From assembly GCA_963826115.1 (NCBI GenBank), contig CAWGVS010000011.1:160001-224000 (forward strand): DNA of 64,000 nt, given 5' to 3'. This stretch comes from an uncultured Candidatus Rokubacteria bacterium (GTDB taxonomy: Bacteria; Methylomirabilota; Methylomirabilia; Rokubacteriales; DASRDR01). The position numbers were made by a program, and so were the translations under genes. Of the stretch, positions 22,595 to 32,619 are shown piece by piece (position 1 is the first letter of the stretch; each line of letters opens with the position of its first letter). Under the pieces are notes generated by a model. That model had not been told where the DNA came from. It searched no databases and worked only from the letters and a program-made list of their open reading frames with translations.

Positions 22595-23091
22595 TATCCC
22601 CGGCGGGTGGCGCCGGTGGTGGCGGCCGCCGCGTCGGCCGGGCTCGCCGACGGGCCCTGGTAGAGCTCGACGGTGAAGCCGTCCGGATCCCGGAGGTAGA
22701 CGCCCCAGCCGCCCGCGTGGGTGCCCGCGGTGATCTCCGCCGGCTCCGAGATCAGCGTCACGCCCCGGCGCCGGAGCTCGACACAGACCGCCCGCACGTC
22801 GTCGACCTTGAAGCAGAGGTGGCCGTTGCCGGGGCGGTTGGTCGCGCGATCGGTCGGCGGCGCGGGGTGCGAGACGTACTGGAGGAGCTCCAGCATGCTG
22901 CCGCCGGCCGCCGGCTGGAGATGCGCCGTCTCGAGGCGCACGCCTTCGAAGCCCGTGATGGTCGCCAGGTAGGGCGCGGTGCCCGTCTGCCGCTTGATGA
23001 GCGTCAGTCCGAGGATGTCCCGGTAGAAGACCAGCGAGCGCTCGATGTCGCTCACCGTGAAGCCGGTGTGATAGACAGGGCCGACCTGCAT
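22594..23091 (-). CDS. VOC / glyoxalase family metalloprotein
   Basis: HTGFTVSD, LELLQY, GHLCFKV, RDPDGFTVELY (H/E/H/E metal ligands). Confidence 0.88.
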   Translation of the reverse strand: MQVGPVYHTGFTVSDIERSLVFYRDILGLTLIKRQTGTAPYLATITGFEGVRLETAHLQPAAGGSMLELLQYVSHPAPPTDRATNRPGNGHLCFKVDDVRAVCVELRRRGVTLISEPAEITAGTHAGGWGVYLRDPDGFTVELYQGPSASPADAAAATTGATRRG

Positions 23092-23110
23092 TGCCGCCTC
23101 CTAGCCCCAA

Positions 23111-23509
23111 CTAACCAAGGACCGCGATCGCGTCGATCTCGATCAGGGCGTCGTCGTCCCAGAGTCCCCGGACCTCCACCAGCGTGGTGGCGGGCCAGTG
23201 GCCTTCCATCATCTCACGGTAGACCTGCCCGATCTCGTGGGCCTTCGCGCGGTACTCGCGCTTGTCGACCACGTAGAACGTCACCTTCACGAGGTCCCGC
23301 AGGGTTCCGCCGCGCGCGCCGACGACCGCCCCGACGTTGGCGAGCGCGTGCCGGAACTGTCCGACCAGGTCGCCGGTCGGGGCGATCCGGCCCTCGGCGT
23401 CGAGAGCCGTCTGGCCCGCGACGAAGAGGATCCGCCCCTGCGCCTCGATCCCGTGCGAGTAGCCCGAGGGCTTCGGCAGCCACGGCGGATTCACGATCAC
23501 CTTCGGCAC
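23111..23509 (-). CDS. RidA/YjgF family protein
   Basis: PSGYSHG, FVAGQ, WPATTLVEV, IEIDAIA. Confidence 0.9.
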   Translation of the reverse strand: MPKVIVNPPWLPKPSGYSHGIEAQGRILFVAGQTALDAEGRIAPTGDLVGQFRHALANVGAVVGARGGTLRDLVKVTFYVVDKREYRAKAHEIGQVYREMMEGHWPATTLVEVRGLWDDDALIEIDAIAVLG

Positions 23510-23520
23510 GAGTTCCTCCT

Positions 23521-23609
23521 CGGGGTCAGGCCCTGACTTTGACTTCCGATACCATTCACCCGCGGGGTGGCCAGGACAGTGTGGAAGTCAAAGTCAGGGC
23601 CTGACCCCG
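23521..23609. repeat. REP/REPIN-like element: perfect 27-bp inverted repeat with 35-nt spacer
   Basis: CGGGGTCAGGCCCTGACTTTGACTTCC (23521-23547) and its exact reverse complement (23583-23609); each arm has an internal GTCAGG/CCTGAC palindrome. Confidence 0.85.
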
Positions 23610-23610
23610 C

Positions 23611-24405
23611 TCAGCGCGGGAAGCGGGGGGGCCGCTTCTCGGTGAAGGCGCGGTAGAACTCCCTGTGGTCGTCGGCCATGAGGAGGAGCGCCTGGGCCTG
23701 GGCTTCCGCCTCGATGGCCGAGGCGAGATCCATGCCCCACTCGTTGTTGAGCATCCGTTTCGTCATGCCGAGGGCCTGCGCCGGCCCGTCGGCGAGCCGC
23801 CGCGCGAGCACCCGGGTCTCGTCGGCGAGGCGGTCGGCGGGCACGACGCGGGTCGCGAGCCCGTAGCGCTCGGCGGTCGGGGCGTCGATCGTGTCCCCGA
23901 GCATGAGCAGCTCCGTCGCCCGCCCGAAGCCCACCACCTTCGGCAGGAGGAACGCGGCGCCCATGTCGGCGCCGGCGAGCCCGACCTTGGTGAACAGGAA
24001 GGCGAAGCGGGCCGTGTCGGCCAGGAGCCGGAAGTCCGACGCGAGCGCCAGCACCGCCCCGGCTCCGGCCGCGATCCCGTTGACCGCCGCCACGACCGGC
24101 TTCTCGAGGAGGCGCAGGTTGCGGACGACGGCGCCCGTCATGCGCGTGAACTGGAGCATGCCCTTGACGTCCCGCTTGAAGAGCTCGCCGATGATCTCGT
24201 GCACGTCGCCGCCCGAGCAGAAGCCCTTGCCGCTGCCGGTGAGGACGAGGACGCGGACGGCCTCGTCGGTCTGGCACTCGAGCGCCAGCCGCTCCAGCTC
24301 CGCGTAGACCTCGAAGGTGAGGGAGTTCAGCGTGTCGGGGCGGGCGAGGGTCACCGTCCCCACGCCGTCCTCGATCCGGTAGTCGAACCCGCGATACGGG
24401 CCCAT
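23611..24405 (-). CDS. Enoyl-CoA hydratase/isomerase family protein (abm-cluster type)
   Basis: TLARPDTLNSLTFEVYAEL, FCSGGDVHEIIG, AAGAGA, LFTKVGLAGADMGA. Confidence 0.9.
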   Translation of the reverse strand: MGPYRGFDYRIEDGVGTVTLARPDTLNSLTFEVYAELERLALECQTDEAVRVLVLTGSGKGFCSGGDVHEIIGELFKRDVKGMLQFTRMTGAVVRNLRLLEKPVVAAVNGIAAGAGAVLALASDFRLLADTARFAFLFTKVGLAGADMGAAFLLPKVVGFGRATELLMLGDTIDAPTAERYGLATRVVPADRLADETRVLARRLADGPAQALGMTKRMLNNEWGMDLASAIEAEAQAQALLLMADDHREFYRAFTEKRPPRFPR

Positions 24406-24413
24406 CGGGGTCC

Positions 24414-25190
24414 TCAGGCCTGGACGGCGCCGCCGTCGACGTTCCAGGCCTGGGCGGTCACGCCGCGCGCCTCGTCGCTCGCGAGCAGGACGGCCAGCGC
24501 CGCCACCTCCTCGGGCTCGATCAGGCGCTTCTGCGGGGAGAAGGCCGCCAGCGCCTGAACCGCCTCCTCGTAGGCGCGCCCGGTTCGCTTCTGGATGTTC
24601 CGGGCGCCCGCCCACGTCAGCTCGGTGGCCACGTAGCCGGGGCAGATGGCATTGACGGTCACGCCGGCCGCCACGACCTCCTGGGCGAGGGCGCGCGTCA
24701 GCCCGAGGAGCCCGTGCTTCGAGGCCGCGTAGGCGCTGATGAGCGGGTATCCCTGTCGCCCCGCGATCGACGCGACGTTGATGATGCGGCCCCAGCGCGC
24801 CGCCAGCATCCCGGGGAGGACCGCGCGGGTCATCAGGAACGCGCCGGTCAGGTTCACGCGGAGGTGGCGCTCCCAGAGGGCGTCGTCGGTGTCGACGAGC
24901 TTCGCCGAGACGGCGATGCCCGCGTTGTTGACCAGGATCTGGACCGGGCCGAGGCCCTCCGCGACGCGCCGCGCGGCGTCGTCGACCTGGGCTCGCTCGC
25001 CGACGTCGCAGGGCACCGCGAGGGCCTTGCGGCCGAGCGCTCGGATCTCCGCCGCGACGGCATCGAGCTCCGAGCTCGTCCGCGCGGTGACGGCCACGTG
25101 GGCGCCTTCGCGGGCGAACGCGAGCGCGATCGCCCGCCCGATGCCCCGGCCGCCGCCGGTGACGAGGGCGACACGGTCCGGAAGCTTCAC
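24414..25190 (-). CDS. SDR, 3-hydroxyacyl-CoA/3-hydroxybutyrate dehydrogenase-like (abm-cluster type)
   Basis: TGGGRGIG, NNAG, YAASKHG, NAICPGYV, PQKRLIEPEEVA. Confidence 0.9.
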   Translation of the reverse strand: MKLPDRVALVTGGGRGIGRAIALAFAREGAHVAVTARTSSELDAVAAEIRALGRKALAVPCDVGERAQVDDAARRVAEGLGPVQILVNNAGIAVSAKLVDTDDALWERHLRVNLTGAFLMTRAVLPGMLAARWGRIINVASIAGRQGYPLISAYAASKHGLLGLTRALAQEVVAAGVTVNAICPGYVATELTWAGARNIQKRTGRAYEEAVQALAAFSPQKRLIEPEEVAALAVLLASDEARGVTAQAWNVDGGAVQA

Positions 25191-25197
25191 GGCGCGC

Positions 25198-25227
25198 AGT
25201 ATAGACGCCGCTGCGAAGGCGGGTCAA
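25198..25227 (-). promoter_or_regulatory. Sigma70-type promoter, probably leaderless transcript of the SDR operon
   Basis: Minus strand TTGACC-18nt-TATACT, then 7 nt to GTG at 25190; no SD. Confidence 0.6.
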
Positions 25228-25352
25228 CGCGGGCGCGCACCCGCCCCGGCGCAAGCGCCGGCCGGGGCGACGCGCGGTGATACACTACCGCCGACGTCGT
25301 CGCCGGCTCGCGTCCACACCGGGTCTTCAGGGAAGTCGAAGGAGGCGCGCGG

Positions 25353-27611
25353 TTGAGGATCGTCTGCATCGGCGGGGGTCCGGCCGGGCTCTACTTCGCG
25401 GCCCTCATGAAGAAGGCCGACCCCGCGCACGACGTCACCGTCGTGGAGCGGAACCGCCCCGACGACACCTTCGGGTTCGGGGTCGTCTTCTCCGACGCGA
25501 CCCTCGAGCACTTCGCCCGGGCCGATCGCGAGACGCACGACGAGATCGTCCGCGCCTTCGCCCACTGGGACGACATCGACATCCACTACCGCGGCACCGT
25601 CGTGACCTCGACGGGCCACGGCTTCGCCGGCATGTCCCGGCAGCGGCTTCTCGACATCCTGCAGCGCCGGTGCCGGAGCCTCGACGTGACGCTCGAGTAC
25701 CTGACCGAGGTGCGGGACCTCGCCCCGTACCGGGATGCGGACCTGGTCCTCGCCGCCGACGGCGTCAACAGCGCGATCCGGGCCCGGCACGCCGAGCAGT
25801 TCGGCCGCCGGATCGAGTGGCGACCCAACCGGTTCGTCTGGCTGGGCACGACCTGTCCGTTCCCGGCCTTCACCTTCATCTTCAAGGAGGATGTGCACGG
25901 GCTCTGGCGGGTCCACGCCTACCGCTACGACGCGCAGCACGCCACCTTCATCCTGGAGACGACCGACGCCACCTGGCGCCGGGCGGGTCTCGACGAGGCG
26001 TCCGAGGACGACACGGCGGCGTTCACGGAGGAGCTGTTCTCCGACGAGCTCAAGGGCCACCCCATCCTCAAGAACCGGTCGCTCTGGCGGAACTTCCCGG
26101 TGGTCCGGAACGAGCGCTGGGCGCACGGCAACGTCGTCCTGGTGGGGGACGCCGCCCACACCGCGCACTTCTCGGTCGGGTCCGGGACGAAGCTCGCCAT
26201 GGAGGACGCCATCGCGCTCAGCCGGGCGCTCCAGCGGCACGCGGAGGTCCCGGCCGCCCTCGCGGCCTACGAGGCCGAGCGGCGGCCCGAGGTCGAGAGC
26301 CTCCAGCGCGCGGCCCAGGTGAGCCTCGAATGGTTCGAGACGACCGAGCGGTACCAGCGCCTCGAGCCGATCCAGTTCGCGATGAGCCTCCTCACACGGA
26401 GCCTCCGCGTCACGCACGACAACCTCAAGGTCCGGGATCCGCGATTCGTCGCGACGGTGGACCGGTGGTTCGCGGAGGGTTCCGCTCAGCAGAGCGGCGT
26501 CCCGCTGTCGGCCTCCCCGGCGCGGTGTCCGCCGCCCATGTTCACGCCGTTCCGGCTCCGAGACCTGGTCCTCTCGAACCGCATCGTGGTGTCGCCCATG
26601 TGCCAGTACTCGGCCGAGGACGGGACGCCGAACGACTGGCACCTCGTCCATCTCGGAAGCCGCGCCGCCGGCGGGGCGGCCCTGGTCGTCGCCGAGATGA
26701 CCGACGTGAGCCGGGAGGGACGCATCAGCCCGGGATGCACCGGGATGTACAAGCCCGAGCACGTCGATGCCTGGCGGCGCATCGTCGAGTTCGTCCACCG
26801 CCACACCGGCGCGCGCATCGCGCTCCAGCTCGCCCACGCCGGACGCAAGGGGTCGACGCGGCGCATGTGGGACGGGATCGACGAGCCCTTGCCCGACGGG
26901 AACTGGCCGCTCGTGTCGGCCTCGCCGCTCCCGTACTTCCCGCACAGCCAGGTCCCGCGCGAGATGACCCGCGGTGACATGGACCTGGTCCGCGACCAGT
27001 TCGGCGAGGCGGCCCGGATGGCCGAGGGCGCCGGGTTCGACATGCTCGAGCTCCACATGGCGCACGGCTATCTCCTCGCGAGCTTCATCTCGCCCCTGAC
27101 CAACGTGCGCACGGACGCGTATGGGGGGCTGCTCGAGCGCCGGATGCGCTTCCCGCTCGAGGTCTTCGACGCGGTGCGGGCCGTCTGGCCGGCGGGCAAG
27201 CCGATCTCGGTCAAGATCTCGGCCGCGGACTGGGCGCCGGGCGGCACGACGGCCGAGGATGCCGTGCGGATCGCGACCAGACTGCGGGTCCACGGCTGCG
27301 ACGCCGTCACCGTCTCCACGGGCCAGACGGTGCCGCATCAGCGGCCGGTCTACGGGCGGCTCTACCAGACGCCGCTCAGCGACCGGATCCGCCACGAGGC
27401 GGGGATCCCGACGATGACCGTCGGAAACCTGTCCACGTACGCCGACGCGAACTCGATCCTGGCCGCCGGCCGGGCGGACCTGTGCGTCCTCGCCCGCGGC
27501 CATCTCTACGACCCCTACTGGACTCGCCACGCGGCCCGGGAGCAGGGCTACGACCTCCCGTGGCCCGAGCAGTACGAGTCCGTCAGGAGCTACACGACAC
27601 GAGCGCGCTAG
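25353..27611 (+). CDS. abmA: 2-aminobenzoyl-CoA monooxygenase/reductase (bifunctional salicylyl-CoA 5-hydroxylase/oxidoreductase family)
   Basis: N-terminal FAD monooxygenase ([36 protein letters not shown]) fused to OYE domain ([29 protein letters not shown]); 752 aa. Confidence 0.9.
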   Translation: MRIVCIGGGPAGLYFAALMKKADPAHDVTVVERNRPDDTFGFGVVFSDATLEHFARADRETHDEIVRAFAHWDDIDIHYRGTVVTSTGHGFAGMSRQRLLDILQRRCRSLDVTLEYLTEVRDLAPYRDADLVLAADGVNSAIRARHAEQFGRRIEWRPNRFVWLGTTCPFPAFTFIFKEDVHGLWRVHAYRYDAQHATFILETTDATWRRAGLDEASEDDTAAFTEELFSDELKGHPILKNRSLWRNFPVVRNERWAHGNVVLVGDAAHTAHFSVGSGTKLAMEDAIALSRALQRHAEVPAALAAYEAERRPEVESLQRAAQVSLEWFETTERYQRLEPIQFAMSLLTRSLRVTHDNLKVRDPRFVATVDRWFAEGSAQQSGVPLSASPARCPPPMFTPFRLRDLVLSNRIVVSPMCQYSAEDGTPNDWHLVHLGSRAAGGAALVVAEMTDVSREGRISPGCTGMYKPEHVDAWRRIVEFVHRHTGARIALQLAHAGRKGSTRRMWDGIDEPLPDGNWPLVSASPLPYFPHSQVPREMTRGDMDLVRDQFGEAARMAEGAGFDMLELHMAHGYLLASFISPLTNVRTDAYGGLLERRMRFPLEVFDAVRAVWPAGKPISVKISAADWAPGGTTAEDAVRIATRLRVHGCDAVTVSTGQTVPHQRPVYGRLYQTPLSDRIRHEAGIPTMTVGNLSTYADANSILAAGRADLCVLARGHLYDPYWTRHAAREQGYDLPWPEQYESVRSYTTRAR

Positions 27612-27743
27612 GATCCGGCTCACTTCCAGGCCGGCCTGCTTGAGATGGTCGCGCGCCCGCCACTGGCGAACTGGTCGTCACGTGCTCTATGCTGCCCGGG
27701 GGTCGAGCGCCCGGGGTTGCCTTCATCCACACGGAGGACACCG

Positions 27744-28919
27744 ATGCGAAGGATGGTGATCGGACTCGGAAGCCTGATCGTCCTGCTCGCCGCTGTCTCG
27801 GCGGGCGCCCAGCCGACCGTCAAGATCGGGCTGATCATGCCGTACTCCGGCCAGTTCGCCGACACGGCGACCCAGATGGACAACGCCATCAAGCTCTACG
27901 TGAAGCAGAAGGGCGACACCGTCGCGGGCCGAAAGCTCGAGTTCATCCGCCGGGACACCGGCGGTGTCGCGCCCGACGTCGCCAAGCGCCTGGCGCAGGA
28001 GCTGGTCGTGCGCGACCAGGTGGACATTCTCGCCGGCTTCGTCCTCACGCCCAACGCGCTCGCTGCTGCCGACGTGTCGGCGGAGGCGAAGAAGCTCATG
28101 GTGGTGATGAACGCCGCCACGTCGATCATCACCACCAAATCGCCGTACCTCGTGCGCACCTCGGTGACCACTCCGCAGGTGAACGAGCCGTTCGGCGCCT
28201 GGGCCTTCCGGAGCGGTATCCGCAAGGTCTACACGATGGTCTCCGACTTCGGGCCGGCCCACGACGCGGAGGGAGCCTTCCAGCGCGCGTTCAAGGAAGC
28301 CGGCGGCGAGATCGTCGGCTCGGTGCGGTTCCCGGTCGCGAATCCGGACTTCTCGGCTTTCGTCCAGCGTGCCAAAGACGTGAGCCCGGAGGCGATCTAT
28401 GTCTGGGTGCCGGGTGGCGTCCAGCCGGCCGCGATCGGCAAGGCGCTGGCGGAGCGGGGCATCGACCCGAAGAAGACGCGGATCCTGGGGCAAGGGGAGC
28501 TGACCGAGGAGGAGGCGCTCCGGAGCATGGGCGACGCCGGCCTCGGGATCATCACCGTCTACCACTACGACTACAACCACGATTCCGCGCTCAACCGGGA
28601 CTTCGTCAAGGCCTACCACGAAGCGGCTGGGCGGAACCCCAACATCTACAGCATCGGCGGCTACGACGGCATGCACCTCATCTACGAGGCGCTGAAGAAG
28701 ACCGGGGGCAAGACCGACGGGGACTCGCTCATCGCGGCGGCCAAGGGCCTGCAGTGGGAGAGCCCGCGGGGGCCCGTCGCCATCGACCCGGAGACCCGCG
28801 ACATCATCCAGACGGTCTACATCCGGCGGGTGGAGAAGGTCGGGGACCAGCTCAGGAACGTGGAGTTCGACAAGATCGAGAACGTCAAGGATCCGGTGAA
28901 GGCCCGCATGAAGCCATGA
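27744..28919 (+). CDS. Liv-type ABC substrate-binding protein (aromatic-acid type)
   Basis: KIGLIMPYSGQFAD, TPNALA, WESPRGP, ETRDIIQTVY; RBS GGAGG. Confidence 0.92.
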   Translation: MRRMVIGLGSLIVLLAAVSAGAQPTVKIGLIMPYSGQFADTATQMDNAIKLYVKQKGDTVAGRKLEFIRRDTGGVAPDVAKRLAQELVVRDQVDILAGFVLTPNALAAADVSAEAKKLMVVMNAATSIITTKSPYLVRTSVTTPQVNEPFGAWAFRSGIRKVYTMVSDFGPAHDAEGAFQRAFKEAGGEIVGSVRFPVANPDFSAFVQRAKDVSPEAIYVWVPGGVQPAAIGKALAERGIDPKKTRILGQGELTEEEALRSMGDAGLGIITVYHYDYNHDSALNRDFVKAYHEAAGRNPNIYSIGGYDGMHLIYEALKKTGGKTDGDSLIAAAKGLQWESPRGPVAIDPETRDIIQTVYIRRVEKVGDQLRNVEFDKIENVKDPVKARMKP

Positions 28920-28956
28920 CCGATCGCCCGTCCTGACCGTCGGCGTGCCGTCGGCC

Positions 28957-29820
28957 ATGCTCGTGCCCGTGGTGGGCGTCCTGTTCGACGGCTTCGCCTA
29001 CGGCATGCTCCTGTTCCTCCTCTCGGTCGGCCTGTCCGTGACGCTGGGCATGATGAACTTCGTCAACCTGGCGCACTGCAGCTTCGCGATGCTCGGCGGG
29101 TACGTCACCATCACCCTCACGCAGAAGCTGGGATGGCCGTTTCTCGCCGCCTTGCCCGCGGCGTTCCTCGCCGCCGCCGCGGCGAGCATCATCCTGGAGC
29201 GCCTCCTCTATCGACGGCTGTACCGCGCGACCGATCTCGACCAGTGCCTTCTGACCATCGGCATCGTCTTCATGTCGGTGGCGGCGGCCGCCTACGTCTA
29301 CGGCACCACCCAGCAACCGCTGGAGACGCCCGCCTACCTGCGCGGGGCGGTCACCTGGCTCGGCCTCCGGCTCGGCGTGTACCGGCTGTTCCTGGTCGGC
29401 ACGGCGCTCGCGATCACGCTCGCCCTCGTCCTCGGCCTCGAGTACACGCGCTTCGGCGCGCAGGTCCGAGCCGCCGTCGACAACCCCCGCATGGCGCGCG
29501 GGCTCGGGATCGACGTCGACAGCCGGTTCGCGATCACCTTCGCGCTCGGTAGCGGGCTCGCCGGTCTCGGCGGAGCGCTCGCCATCGAGATCGTCGGCCT
29601 CGACCCGGCCTTTGCCCTGACCTATCTCGTGTACGTCCTCATCGTGGTGTCGGTGGGCGGACTCGGGTCCATCGGTGGATCGTTCGTCGCCGCCACGCTC
29701 CTGGGGCTGAGCGACGTTGCCGGCAAGTACTACGTCCCCGAGGTCGGCGCGTTTCTCATCTACCTCGTGATGGTCGGGCTCCTGATGTGGCGCCCCGCGG
29801 GCCTGTTCGGGAGACGCTAG
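28957..29820 (+). CDS. LivH-type permease
   Basis: GFAYGMLLFLLSVGLSVTLGMMNFVNLAH, RPAGLFG. Confidence 0.92.
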   Translation: MLVPVVGVLFDGFAYGMLLFLLSVGLSVTLGMMNFVNLAHCSFAMLGGYVTITLTQKLGWPFLAALPAAFLAAAAASIILERLLYRRLYRATDLDQCLLTIGIVFMSVAAAAYVYGTTQQPLETPAYLRGAVTWLGLRLGVYRLFLVGTALAITLALVLGLEYTRFGAQVRAAVDNPRMARGLGIDVDSRFAITFALGSGLAGLGGALAIEIVGLDPAFALTYLVYVLIVVSVGGLGSIGGSFVAATLLGLSDVAGKYYVPEVGAFLIYLVMVGLLMWRPAGLFGRR

Positions 29821-29821
29821 C

Positions 29822-30895
29822 GTGACGGCCCCGGGACCGGCCCTGGATCCCCGAAACGAGCTGGCGACTCGCGGCCGGTGGCGTGCCGTCGAGGTGGCCT
29901 TCTGGCTCGCGGCGCTCTCCCCGTTTCTCCTCTTCCCGTCGCATCTCCAGCTGGCGAGCCAGATTGCGATCACCGCGCTCTTCGCCTTGTCGCTCGACCT
30001 CCTGCTGGGCTACTCGGGGATGGTGTCGCTCGGTCATGCGGCCTTCTTCGGCCTCGGCGCCTACACGGCCGGGCTCCTGGCGAAGGGCGGCTGGGGGGAG
30101 CCGCTGTCGGGGCTCGCGGCCGCGGCGGCGGTGGCCGGCCTGGCGGGATACGCCGCGAGCTTCATCGTCTCCCGCGTCCGTCACCTGGCGCTCATCATGA
30201 TCACGCTTGGCCTGGGTCTCCTGGTCCACGAGGCCGCGAACAAGGCGCACTGGCTCACGGGCGGCGCCGACGGCCTCCAGGGCGTCCGGATGTGGCCGCT
30301 CCTCGGCCGTTTCCGATTCGATCTCTACGGCTACACGGCCTACGCGTACTCGCTGGCCGTCCTCGCCCTTGCCTTCCTCGTGGCACGCCGAGTCGTCAAC
30401 TCCCCGTTCGGCCTGTCGTTGCGGGGGATCCGCGAGAATCCTCTCCGGATGCCCGCCCTGGGCGCGCCGAGCGGCTCCCACATTCGCACGGTGTACGCCA
30501 TCGCCTCGGTCCTCGCGGGGATCGCCGGCGCCCTCCTCGCGCAGACGACCGAGACCGTGTCCCTCGCCACGCTGGAGTTCCAGCGCTCGGCGGAGGTCCT
30601 CGTGATCCTGATCCTTGGCGGCGCCGGCCGGCTCTACGGCGGCCTGGTCGGCGCCGTGATCTTCCTGGTGGCGCGAGACCGGTTCTCCGGCCTCAATCCC
30701 CAGTACTGGTACTTCTGGATGGGCGCGCTCCTGGTCCTGGTCGTGATGGCGCTGCCCAACGGCGTGCTCGGCGGGCTCGCGCGGCTCGCCGGACCCCTGC
30801 CGGGCTCCGGCGCGGGGCCGGCGCCGCCGCGAGGCGGCAGCCTCGTCAGGAGACTCGCGCGGCTCGCCCCGTCGCGGGGGGACGGGAGCCCGTGA
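29822..30895 (+). CDS. LivM-type permease
   Basis: SLDLLLGYSGMVSLGHAAFFG, SPFGLSLRGIREN. Confidence 0.92.
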   Translation: MTAPGPALDPRNELATRGRWRAVEVAFWLAALSPFLLFPSHLQLASQIAITALFALSLDLLLGYSGMVSLGHAAFFGLGAYTAGLLAKGGWGEPLSGLAAAAAVAGLAGYAASFIVSRVRHLALIMITLGLGLLVHEAANKAHWLTGGADGLQGVRMWPLLGRFRFDLYGYTAYAYSLAVLALAFLVARRVVNSPFGLSLRGIRENPLRMPALGAPSGSHIRTVYAIASVLAGIAGALLAQTTETVSLATLEFQRSAEVLVILILGGAGRLYGGLVGAVIFLVARDRFSGLNPQYWYFWMGALLVLVVMALPNGVLGGLARLAGPLPGSGAGPAPPRGGSLVRRLARLAPSRGDGSP

Positions 30896-31647
30896 ACGCG
30901 CCAGCGTTGACCACGCGCCGGCTCAGCAAGAGCTTCGGCTCGCTCGTGGTGGCGAAGGACGTCGAGCTATCCCTTCCCCCGGGGGCGCGCTACGCCCTGA
31001 TCGGTCCCAACGGCGCCGGGAAGACGACGCTCGTCAACCTGATCACGGGCATGCTCGAGCCCGACGACGGACACGTCCTTCTCGGCGACGAGGACGTGAC
31101 CCGCCTCGGACCGGACCAGCGCGTCAAGCGGGGCCTCGCGCGCACCTTCCAGATCAACACCCTGTTTCCCCGTCTGAGCCCGCTCGAGGCCGTGACCCTC
31201 GCAGTGTGCGAGCGGCGCGGGGTGGCCGGCACCTGGTGGCGAGGGCTTGGCGCCTACCGGACCGAGATGGACGAGGCGTACGGCACGCTCCGCTCCCTGG
31301 CGCTCGACGCCGTGTGCCATCGGCCGACCCGCGAGCTCTCCTACGGGCAACAGCGGCTCCTCGAGATCGCCCTCGCGCTCGCGACGCGCCCGCGCGTGCT
31401 CCTGCTGGACGAGCCGGCCGCCGGTGTGCCCCGGGACGAGAGCGCGGCGCTGTTCGCCGCGGTCGCCGGCCTCTCGCCGGACCTGACCGTGCTCTTCATC
31501 GAGCACGACATGAACGTGGTCTTCCGGTTCGCGAGCCGCGTCATCGTGATGGTCGGGGGCCAGATCCTCGTCGAGGGCACGCCGCCCGAGATCGCCGCCG
31601 ACCAGCGCGTGCAGGAGATCTATCTGGGCGGAGGGCGCCATGGCTGA
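30892..31647 (+). CDS. LivG-type ABC ATPase
   Basis: GPNGAGKTT, LSYGQQR, LLLDEPAAG, IEHD; GTGA overlap with upstream stop. Confidence 0.92.
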   Translation: MNAPALTTRRLSKSFGSLVVAKDVELSLPPGARYALIGPNGAGKTTLVNLITGMLEPDDGHVLLGDEDVTRLGPDQRVKRGLARTFQINTLFPRLSPLEAVTLAVCERRGVAGTWWRGLGAYRTEMDEAYGTLRSLALDAVCHRPTRELSYGQQRLLEIALALATRPRVLLLDEPAAGVPRDESAALFAAVAGLSPDLTVLFIEHDMNVVFRFASRVIVMVGGQILVEGTPPEIAADQRVQEIYLGGGRHG

Positions 31648-32362
31648 GCCTCTGCTGGCGCTGCGGAACGTGCGGGCCGGTTACGGCGAGGCGGTCGTGC
31701 TCGACGACGTCTCGTTCGAGGTCCTCGAGCGGGGTCGTCTGGCCGTGCTCGGGCGAAACGGGGTCGGCAAGTCGACGCTTCTCCTCACGATCATGGGCCA
31801 CACGAACGTCAGCCACGGCTCGATCGCGTGGCGCGGCGCCGTGATCACCGCTGCGGCGCCGCACCACCGCGCGCGCGGTGGACTCGGGTGGGTGCCGCAG
31901 GAGCGCGAGATCTTCTCGTCCCTGACGGTCGAAGAGAACTTGACGGTCGCCGCGCGCCCGGGCCGGTGGGGCCTCGAGGCGGTCTACGGCCTCTTCCCCT
32001 CGCTGGCGGCTCGGCGCCACAGCAAGGGCAGCCATCTCTCGGGCGGCGAGCAGCAGATGCTTGCGATCGCGCGCGCGCTGATGACCAATCCTGCGCTGCT
32101 CCTGCTCGACGAGCCGCTGGAGGGGCTCGCGCCGATCGTGGCGGAGAAGCTGGCGAGCGCGATCCGCCGCATGACCGCCGATGAGGGGACCGCCGTCATC
32201 CTGGTGGAGCAGCACGCGGAGCTCGCGCTCTCGTTGACGGACACGGCGCTCATCCTGGAGCGGGGACGGATCGCGCACCGGGCGGCGTCCTCGGCGCTCC
32301 TCGCGGACCGGGCCACGCTCGAGCGGCTGGTCGGGCTCAAGGTCGGCGGCGACCCGGGGTAG
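31640..32362 (+). CDS. LivF-type ABC ATPase
   Basis: GRNGVGKST, LSGGEQQMLA, LDEPLEGLAP. Confidence 0.92.
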   Translation: MAEPLLALRNVRAGYGEAVVLDDVSFEVLERGRLAVLGRNGVGKSTLLLTIMGHTNVSHGSIAWRGAVITAAAPHHRARGGLGWVPQEREIFSSLTVEENLTVAARPGRWGLEAVYGLFPSLAARRHSKGSHLSGGEQQMLAIARALMTNPALLLLDEPLEGLAPIVAEKLASAIRRMTADEGTAVILVEQHAELALSLTDTALILERGRIAHRAASSALLADRATLERLVGLKVGGDPG

Positions 32363-32409
32363 CCCTGCCCGGCCCGGAGGGGACGGATCGCCAGGCCGCG
32401 ATCGGCTCC

Positions 32410-32616
32410 TCAGGCCGCCGACGCCTGGCCGAGGAAGAGACGGATGGCCGTGCCGGCATGGGCCAGGGCCAGGCCCGGGTCGAGCGCCGATGCCTCGCGG
32501 AAGGTGCCGAGCGCGCCGCGGCCCCAGCCGAGAAGGTCGCGCACGGCGTCGTCGTACCGGGAGAGGGCGCCGGCGCCGGAACCCGTGACCGGCAGCCCGT
32601 ACGCGTCGGCGGCCAT
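32410..32616 (-). pseudogene. Probable N-terminal remnant of a TTC38-like TPR protein
   Basis: MAADAYGLPVT..ALSRYDDAV..LLGW...ALDPGLALAHA resembles the start of bacterial TTC38-like proteins; stops after 68 aa. Confidence 0.5.
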
Positions 32617-32619
32617 CGA

